Position numbers and translations under genes: made by a program. 64,000 nucleotides of DNA, from positions 12,240,161-12,304,160 of the forward strand of contig CAVNZM010000001.1 in assembly GCA_963693365.1 (NCBI GenBank), written 5' to 3'. The DNA comes from Amoebidium appalachense. Its lineage: Eukaryota > Protista > Ichthyosporea. Positions within the stretch are counted from its first letter, which is position 1. Every line of letters starts with the position of its first letter. The notes under the pieces are model-generated. The model did no database searches. It saw only the letters and a list, made by a program, of their open reading frames with translations, and had not been told where the DNA came from. Below are positions 55,061-64,000 of this stretch, in pieces.

Positions 55061-57160
55061 TGTGTACGTGTATATACTGGCACAACTACATCTACAGGAA
55101 CTTGGCATACTGACAAGCAACTAGTGCGTGGTGAACTGATTGCGTTTCCCTGTCCTCTCGTCATTTTCAAGCTTGTTTTTTTTCCTTTCCGTTCGAATTC
55201 CCACGAAAACAAAAGTCATTACTAAAGAATTTTTTTTTCTGGGCTTTGACAGCAACTTATTGTAGCAGCTGCAGGGGAGTATCAAACAAACATGGAACCA
55301 ATTCCACTCAAATAGTCTAAAACACTGACGCCATTTCCTGAATCACAAAGATAGCCATTGCCCATTGATGCTACAAAACGGGCCTTTGTAAACGCGTACG
55401 CTGCAGTGCCTTGTCATTTTGAATTGCATACAGAATAAGTGTGTTTTCTTGAGAGGTCCTCAGGAATTACACTTTGTTAAAAGTTTTTTTACTGACCAGC
55501 CATGCTCATTTCCCGTTTTGATAGCCTTAGCAACAATCAGATCGTATTAGTGTTCATAACTGAGCTCACTCAGCAGGGAAATCACGAGTCAACAGTCTTG
55601 AGTCAACAGTCTGTAGACTATTCAACGGGTCGCACATAATTGGCTGCTTTGTCTCATAAATATTACCACATATGGCTAGCTTTTGTTTATTGTTACCTTA
55701 TTTGGTCCCAACCGTCAACGCAGGAATGCACAACATTCAATGTGATGCCACCGAGTTTCGTTTTCTTGCTTTGCCAACCCCACGCATGATCGATATCCCC
55801 TATCAGTACGCCCCGAGAAAGCAATAAGACGCTAAGTAGTGAAAATGGGCAACCAAGTTTTACGCTTATGGTGCTCCAAGCTACCCTTTCTACCTTTCAA
55901 ATACATACATGGCGATGCACATTCGCTGGAGCTAAAGAGGAGAATCACCTAACCAGAAACACTGCCCTTTGAACCTGGTCAACATTTCAGCAGAACATGG
56001 ATGGGCCAAACAACCCGCAGATGGGGGAGTTGTCTGAGGAGGATTTGGTAGTGATCCTAACACAAGAAGACGATGCCACGCGACTTTTTTTGGTAGGTAC
56101 TTTGCTTGTGGTTTCTTCTTCCCGATGTCTCCCCCCCCCCCCCCTCCCCCCTCCTCTTCCCCCTCCGGGGACTTCCCGCCCCCTTTCGTAGTTTTTGGTG
56201 TTGAAATGGGAACATCATCTCGCGTTAGAGCCCCTTTCCCCCGGTTTTCCCCTTCCCTCGTCTACACCCCCCCCCCCCCCCCTACCCCTCTTCATGAGCT
56301 CTTTTCGCAACCCTGCCTCTTTCATAAAAGGAATATTTGGGTGAAGCACACATCTGAATATCACCTCTTCGTTTAACCACCCCCCCTTTTTTTACAAAAA
56401 AAACTCTTTAATTCATATTCCAAAGATAGTACATGCAGAGCAATCGCGCATTTTTAGCAGCCTCCTCTTTCACCCATCACTCATCACTTATCTGGCCGAT
56501 TCCAGGCCGAAGCTCACCCCTCTGATCCTCTCACATCCCTTCTTCTTCTTTCTGAATCAATGCCCTTACACGATGACTCCCCTCATCCTCATATTTGTTT
56601 CTGTTGTCACGTTTCCAATGGCAGAAGATAATTAAAACATCGTCCATGCTCGTGCTTTACGTTTTTCATCTCTCCACAGCTGGTCGAGTGTTTTTTCTGT
56701 TGCGCAGACCTGATGCAACTTCAACCACTGGTGTCCTATCTGTCAAGCAATCGCCCTCATCTGGCCTCGTCATTTCTTCGGAAGGTTTGCCAAGGATCGC
56801 AATTCACCGCCCAACAAGCAGCGGTGGCTGGAGTCACCCTTCTACTCAGCGCCAAGATTCAGGAAGATAATGTTTTAGGCGACGCTGATGCACCTTAAAG
56901 AGTCGCTGTTTTGGTGGAGGACTGGCTCAAGGCCCTCCCATCCTTCGGAGCAGATGTTTGATGGGGTTGGTGTGACAATGTGGGGACAGGTACGTGTGTG
57001 TGTTTCTTTAACAAACAGGTCTAGTGTGCTGAAAAGCGCACTGTTTGGGGGGTGATGCGGGAGGGGGGGGGGGGGGGGGGAGGGGCTGAAGATCGGACGG
57101 AGGAGCAGGGGAATGGGAGGAGTGGTGCGGTGGGGTAAAGGGGGGGAGGGGAGGGGGGGG

Positions 57161-57201
57161 TTTGAATGCGTCATGAAGTACGAAGTACACAAGAACAACG
57201 G
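57161..57201 (-). repeat. Terminal fragment of the structured dispersed repeat
   Basis: Reverse complement reads CCGTTGTTCTTGTGTACTTCGTACTTCATGACGCATTCAAA, followed by a C-run. Confidence 0.75.
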
Positions 57202-57610
57202 GGGAGTTCGAGCTGGAGGTCGTTTTCGGTTAGCATCATATTACGCGCGCGCACACACACATGCAACAACTCGCCGATATACAAGGACACACACGAACAC
57301 ACACACATACCATAACCCCCTCCCCCTCACACACACACACACCTCCCCATCGAGTTTTTCAGATAAAGAGGGGCTTTCGACACATTATCTGCTCTGTGCT
57401 GTTTATGCATGTGTGTGTCTGTTTTTTTTTGTTTTTTTTTTTTTTGTTTTTTTGTTTTTTTTTGGGGGGGGGGGGGGGGGGGGTGGGAGGGGGCGAGAGG
57501 GGGGGGGGGGGGGGGGGGGGGGGGGTCGGAGTATTGATAGGTGTTCGGAATCAGGGGTGTTCTTTTTGGGATTGTTGAAACTGCTGTTTAGAGAATATGA
57601 AGGTAGGCAA

Positions 57611-57647
<37 letters not shown>

Positions 57648-57851
57648 GGATGTGAAGAAGGATGGCTGAAACGAAAAACAAACACTTTCTCTTCGAAGGC
57701 ACATTTTGCCCTCTGTTTCTTTCAGCTGCCCCAAACTGACTCTTCATTTCCTTTTTTTACACAGGCACGGATCATCTCAAAGCACCCGGCATTCTCTTCA
57801 CATGCGGAAACTCCACGGGGAGATAGTCACCACGGCTGCAATTTTCGCAGC

Positions 57852-57913
57852 AATTTCCGTGGTTTTGGGCCAAGAAAAATCGAATTTCCGTGGTTTTGGG
57901 CCAAGAAAAATCG
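57852..57913 (+). repeat. Exact 31-bp tandem duplication inside an exon
   Basis: AATTTCCGTGGTTTTGGGCCAAGAAAAATCG twice, followed by AATTT microhomology. Confidence 0.95.
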
Positions 57914-58963
57914 AATTTGATTGGTGCAGAGGCCCTACGGTTCATTTCGGAGCGCTATGTTCCATGTGCGCGTGAGTGGGCCGTTCACCAGACCAGCAAC
58001 GCTCTTATGAGCGGAATCGAGCACAAAATTCCGGAAATCGTAGAATTTCCCGGTTTACGCAATGAGATTTCGGGTTTTCTTCCAATGGTGTGCACGTGCG
58101 AAGTCGGGGAATTTTTATGTGACCCGCTGCCATCTGCCCCCCCACCACCCACCGGCCCTTTTCTTGATCTAACTTTCGCAGCACCGGCAGAAATTTGCAA
58201 CAAGACGATCCCCGCGACGTGCATTCAGCCATTTTTGCAACACATTGCCGTGAACTGGAGCGCAAACACTAATTCGAAGTTCAAAATTTCCAACCTCCTC
58301 GGGTCAAAGAAAGCGACCATCGGAACCACGATCGATCGCCTCTCCACCGAGATCGATTCGGGACAAAAGATCGATTCGGTTTTGTCCCGAATCGAGCAAA
58401 AACGGGCCATAAACACGGAGGCCGAACGCACCACCACCGCTCTGACCGCTCTGCTTCACACTTTCGAGTCTGAAATTGAGATCGATTTTCACCAGGTGAC
58501 TAATCACCCCCTCCCCCCCCCCCCCCCCCCCCCCCAACCCAACCCCCTCCCTCAAATACCCATGACCCACACTCTAACGGTTTGCTTTGCAAGATATGCA
58601 CAGTGTTGTCTGTTGTCCATGATATTCCGTGGTTTTACCCTGCAAGCATTCTACCCCCCCCCCCCCTTCCCTCCCCCTCCCTGTCCTGCCCTGCCCCCCT
58701 TTCCGTCTCCCACTCCCCCCCCCCCCCCCTCCCCCCCCCCGGGCGGCTGCTTTACCGGTCAAAGAGAGGTTGGTCAAAAAACTCTCTCTTTTGTGGGGAC
58801 ATTGACACCCCCCCCCCACCCCCCCCCCCCCTCTTGAGATAATGATGGGAGAGTTTGATTGCAAATTGCCTGCACAGAGGGACAGAGCACGGGAGAGAGA
58901 GAAGGAGAAAAGTGAAAGTGAAGTTGAATTCATGCCTGCATGCACGTGCATCTGCGCTTTTTG

Positions 58964-59002
<39 letters not shown>

Positions 59003-59167
59003 CTTGGGTGATTGTTGTATTTTGGTCTTCTTCTTGGTTTAGTGCAAAAATTTAAGTCTGTCTGCAGCTACAACAACAGATTACAAAGCGGTGGCAGCAA
59101 GGCCAAGGCACAGACACCATTGACATGGTAGCTGTATCCTCCCCGCTCCTCCCCCCCCCCCCCTCCC

Positions 59168-59198
<31 letters not shown>

Positions 59199-59394
59199 AA
59201 AAAAAAAAAAAATAAAGGAAAAGAAAAGAAAAAAAAGAAGGGAGAAGGGAGAAAACGGACAAAAATATCTCAGCCATTGCCCCCCCTCCCCCCCGCCCGC
59301 CATTCTTGCTGTAATTTTCTAATCTGTTGCCTATAGAAGACTTAACTCCCGATGGTAACTCTTGTGACCCCCCCCCCCCCCCCCCCCCCCCTCT

Positions 59395-59586
59395 TCCCTT
59401 CGTGGACATGGGTGGCACTGGGGGGGGTGGGGAGGGGGGAGGGGGATCCAGGGGGATGGAGGGGGCCGAGAGAGAGAGAGAGGGCCCACCCTCCCTCTCT
59501 CTCTCTCTCGGCCCCCTCCATCCCCCTGGATCCCCCCCCTCCCCCCCTCCCCACCCCCCCCAGTGCCACCCATGTCCACGAAGGGA
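59395..59586. repeat. Long inverted repeat (arms of about 90 nt, short spacer)
   Basis: TCCCTTCGTGGACATGGGTGGCACTGGG...GAGAGAGAGGG pairs with CCCTCTCTCTC...CCCAGTGCCACCCATGTCCACGAAGGGA. The arms differ mainly in G/C-run lengths. Confidence 0.92.
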
Positions 59587-59891
59587 GAGAGGGGGGGGGG
59601 GGGGGGGAGGGGGGGTGGAAGCTGAATACAGACGAAAAAACATCTCCTCTGTACACACGATTCACCTCTGACCCTCCCCCCCGTCCCCCCGTCCCCCCCT
59701 CCCCCAATCATGCGCACACACATGCACACTCACCTACATCCACCCCCCCTCTCCCTCTTTCCACCCTGTGTGGAGACCGCTTTACTTCCATGCAACCGGG
59801 CATGGTTGCTCTGTGTCGTGCATCTGTAAGCACATACGCATTTTTCGCTGCACTGCATTAGTTTGCACACACATCTTCACCGTTTTGCCAA

Positions 59892-60174
59892 CCTTGCTTG
59901 CATAAGAAACCCTGCTCGTCTTTGATCAAGACGGGTTGACCTGCCCAAGTCCAGTTGATGCTGCTGTCTGAGTTGGAGCGTCGTATATACGCGGGCTAAG
60001 GGGTCGAAACTCAGACGCAATTGATGACTTGGGTCCTCCCTGAGGATGGGCTTTGCTTATGACGCATACTGTGCACATGGCTGATATTGCATACTTGAAT
60101 GTTTGCCTTTGCATGTGTCCTGCACCATGCTTCTCGTCGTGTATGCGTACTTCGTACCGTGTTCCGCATTCAAA
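59892..60174 (+). mobile_element. Structured dispersed repeat (longest copy) with hammerhead-like core boxes
   Basis: Collinear with 16471-16723. Stems GCCCAAGTC/GACTTGGGT and GTCTGAGT/ACTCAGAC. Ends CGCATTCAAA plus a C-run. Confidence 0.7.
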
Positions 60175-60267
60175 CCCCCCCCCCCCCCCCCGTGCACACA
60201 CACATGGACGCACACGCAAACACACGCACACACACACACACACACACACATCCCCCCTTCCCCACCC

Positions 60268-60312
<45 letters not shown>

Positions 60313-60370
60313 AACGCCCCCACTTATATTACACCCACACACCCACTCACCCCCACTTCTATTACACCCG

Positions 60371-60452
<82 letters not shown>

Positions 60453-60787
60453 TTCCCTTCCAACCACCTCTATGCAGCCTTGGGCAGTAGCTACGTCTAC
60501 TTCATTCGACTTCCCCAAACCGAATCCACCACCGTTTTTCAAGTCCTCAGTCACATAACAAAAACCCCGGGGGATAAAAATTGCGCAATTGCTGCTGGCC
60601 TCATTATTGCAATTAATAATTCACGTGGGTCCAAAGATGCTATCTGGGGGGAGCACGCAGCGATACAGGGAGACAAGGCCATAAATGATTGGCTAAGAGA
60701 AATGCCCTGTTTCAGCAGGGCCCTTCCTCCTCCAGACACCGTCCATTGGGCTGAGGTAAAATAAGCCCCCCCCCCCCCCCCCCCTCC

Positions 60788-60905
60788 CCCCCCCCCCCCC
60801 CCCCCCCGGCTCTGCTTATTATGCATACTCTTTATGTATGGCTTGCATTCTGCATCGTGTTATCCGTTTGTTCTTGTGTACTTCGTACTTTTTGACGCAT
60901 TCAAA
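60788..60905 (+). repeat. Truncated copy of the structured dispersed repeat between two poly-C tracts
   Basis: Nearly identical to 16626-16723. Confidence 0.85.
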
Positions 60906-61063
60906 ACCCCCCCCCCCCCCCCTCCCCCCAAAAAAAAAAAAAAAAAAAAAAAAAACACCACCACATACAAGACACACAAAACGAAACCCTTTGTCATCGG
61001 ACCAGGTACTGTCCCGAAAAAGAAAGGAAAAAAGAAAAAACAGAAAGAAAAAAGAAAAAAAAT

Positions 61064-61177
61064 CGCAGTCTATGGCTGTAGGTCTGACAAAGTCAAATGT
61101 TGCTATGTTCTTATCCATCCCGCAGTCTATGGCTGTAGGTCTGACAAAGTCAAATGTTGCTATGTTCTTATCCATCC
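61064..61177 (+). repeat. Exact 57-bp tandem duplication (intronic)
   Basis: CGCAGTCTATGGCTGTAGGTCTGACAAAGTCAAATGTTGCTATGTTCTTATCCATCC twice. Confidence 0.95.
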
Positions 61178-62176
61178 CCCCCCCCCCCCCCCCCCGGGGG
61201 AAGTGGGCATGAAAGGATTGAAGGCAGGGTGTTAGCAAGGGGGGGGGAGGGGGGTCACCCCAGGAGGAGGAGACGTGAAACTATGCCGTGAAAAGTTGTG
61301 GAAACAAGGTTTTTGCCATTACTTAAGAATCAGGCATTGCAATTACTTGGTTAACAAATTTCAACAAAATTGTAACAACAACCCCCCTCCATAGGCGCTC
61401 TCCCACCTTCCCCACGCGGCATTCAGTGGAATTCGGGATCAAGAGGGGTCCCTAGTAACACTTCTCGCGCTCGGAGCAGCAATCGGCGCTGTTACCGCCA
61501 CCCTCCCCCATCCCCCGAAAGACGAAGAACCCCCCTCAGAACAACACGACGGCAACGACACATCGGAATCCCCCTCACGCAAATCTGCCGAAATTGGACT
61601 GTGAGGTTTGAAACACATCGTCGAAAAATATGTTCAGCACGCGCACACGTGGGTTCTGGACACATGCAGCAGTGCGCTTTTCAGCGCAAATTTTCAAGCG
61701 TGGGCCAATGTCCCCGAGGAGCACGCAAATTCGCTAGGGTTTTTTTTGCAGCAAGCAATTCGGGAAATATGCGCCAGCTGCCTCGAGGTTTTCCCGGTGC
61801 CGTCCTTTTCCGATTCCGCGAACCCATCGTGCGATCGCTGCGCCATAGGCAATTTTTCACTTATGCCAGGGGACGCCAACATAAACTTCGCTGTGCAAAT
61901 CGCATAATCGAGGAATTGTGCGTGAGCACGGCGAGCGTGTGGTGCTTCAGTGAAAAGTGCGCCGATTTTTGCGCAAAAGTGCAAATCGCCACTGGAAATG
62001 TGGAAAAATCGCGCGTTGCCGCACAAACAGCCTGCGGTAGTATCGTGACATTGAAGGAAACGGTGGCAAAAGTGGAGAGAGAAAAGAAGGCGGCGGAGTC
62101 GGAGTTGGCAGTTGTTTGTGCGTTGGCGGATATATTTACTGACCATTTGCCCCTGAACACTCAGGCGGTCTGTAAT

Positions 62177-62222
<46 letters not shown>

Positions 62223-62454
62223 ACACACACACGCGCGCGCGCACGAAAAAAAATAAAAACCGAAAGAAAAGAAAAAAACACCACTTCACCCCACTACAAC
62301 CATGCCCCCTCTTCCCCCCCCCCCCCCCCCCCCCCCCCGGTCTCCTTCCCCCGTCTTTATGTATGCTTTCCGCTTGCATTTGCGCTGTCTGTCATTAACG
62401 TGTATCTCGTACCCTGTAACACATTCAACGCCCCCTCACACCAGCTATCAGGCT

Positions 62455-62522
<68 letters not shown>

Positions 62523-62774
62523 ACGCATGCGCAAACACCGCCTTTCTCCCCCCTTCTCAGGGTCCACACATTTCTTTCGCTCTCAGAATCGACTCTACCT
62601 TTTCAATTCTACTTGTGTCCTCCCTCCCTCCCTCCCCCCCCCCCCCCCCCCCCCCCCCCCGCCTTTCCCGCCCCCACTCTATTCCGTCCCGCCCTTCCCA
62701 CCCAACCCACTCTTCTAAGCTTGTGTGTAGAAAGACGGAACGGATCTGGTTGCTCCGTCGTATGCTGCCCCCCC

Positions 62775-62824
<50 letters not shown>

Positions 62825-63636
62825 CATGTACGCATGTACGCATGTACGTGTACGTGTACACGCACAAAATCCCAATGCACACAAACCTGTGCACATGCGC
62901 ATCATCTGGCGACGCCCTCCCTTTAAAATCTGCCTTTTCGTCTTTTCCCGTTTTTCTGAATAACCATTTGGCCTTAGACCTTTTTCTTTTTTTTATTTTA
63001 TAGCTACCTTCTTGCAACGTGCACTAACTGGCAACATGTTTTTTGCATCCACAGGATGTGCCCATGTGTGTCCCATCACCCGCCGCTCCCGTGTCTGTGC
63101 CCATCGTCAAGAAAAAGGGTGCCAAGAAAAGAACACGCTGAGAGGAGAGGAATCCAAAGGAAACACCTCTTAAACCATCCAAGAAACGAAAAAGCACTGC
63201 CAGATGTAGAAGTGGATAGCATGTCGGCTTGATCAAGAAGTGAAAAAACGAGTTTGAGGGAAATTTTTGGATTGGCTGATGGGGTTTTGTTCGGGTTGGG
63301 CATAACGCTGCGAGTTGTGTGGTATTTTTAATTGTATAGAATTTTTCCAACGATGCCTTTATTGACTTACTCAGCCGGTGACATGAAAACCATGATGTAT
63401 AACTGGGGATGGGTGTGCAAATATCATTATCAATATGTAGTGTGCATGGCGCTACACTTGATGTGCTTCTGTTGATATTCCTACCTTTTTTTTTTAATTT
63501 TCTTGAGGGTTTTTTTTTTTTGCGCGCGCCAAAACTTTCCCACCCAAATTTGCACATTTGGCTAGTCTATGCGATCACGCGCAAATTATTCGTCCACACA
63601 AATTTATTTATTTATTTTTTGAGATTGCTACATTCC

Positions 63637-63671
<35 letters not shown>

Positions 63672-64000
63672 TTGGTTGGTTGGTTGTAAATGTTTTATTG
63701 TGACTTTGTTGATGTGCTTAAAGAAAAAAAAAGAGATATCCCAGTGACACACCCAGATATTTCAAGAAAACCTTCATGTGGCGAGTAGGCTCACTGAAAT
63801 ACGGACCCAAAGGTGTGAAAGTACAAATATTGGAAAACAAACACTATAGTCAGTAGACAACATACTGACTCGTATTGAGAAGAACGACAAGTTGATATCT
63901 CGGCTGCCCAAAACAAGAATCCCTCAATAAAATCAACCTGATATGAATTCTGCCACAGAAATAGGGTAAACGCAAAAAACGTTTACATATTGTTTCTACT

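Larger units (their letters stand above)
55997..63219 (+). pseudogene. Two-module gene (copies C and D) with Lys/Arg-rich C-terminal exon; multiply disrupted
   Basis: Phase-0 exons 55997-56092, 56680-56989 (TAA at 56896, extra base near 56947), 57765-58495 (extra base near 57812, 31-bp duplication), 59068-59127, 60450-60755, 61395-62164 (several frameshifts, TGA at 61602, GC at the donor position) and 63055-63219 (TGA at 63139). Confidence 0.7.

Overview
Eukaryotic (opisthokont-like, possibly a unicellular holozoan; this is inference) genomic DNA with spliceosomal GT-AG introns filled with (CA)n/(TG)n microsatellites and 20-50 nt poly-C/poly-G runs. Nearly all ORFs in the supplied track (poly-HT, CV, P, G) are artefacts of these repeats. 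Genes reconstructed by hand with phase-consistent exons: an intronless, bacterial-looking saccharopine-dehydrogenase-like oxidoreductase (3950-5161 +); an uncharacterised Ser/Pro-rich protein with a C-terminal coiled coil (7587-15268 +); a complete 13-exon EFA6/PSD-type Sec7-PH-coiled-coil ARF GEF (19505-32385 +); and a METTL21-family lysine methyltransferase (34844 to at least 42983, -). From 46.2 to 63.2 kb two head-to-head loci contain four diverged copies of the same unrecognised two-exon, about 335 aa module. One copy is intact and three are disrupted, and one locus ends in C2H2 zinc fingers. Mobile DNA: a TTAA-flanked MITE, two copies of an AATT-flanked MITE, and at least 8 copies of a dispersed repeat of up to about 280 nt. 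That repeat has conserved covarying stems, all three hammerhead-ribozyme core strands in a non-canonical order, and a fixed end that abuts poly-C tracts. All alignments were done by eye; no searches were run.
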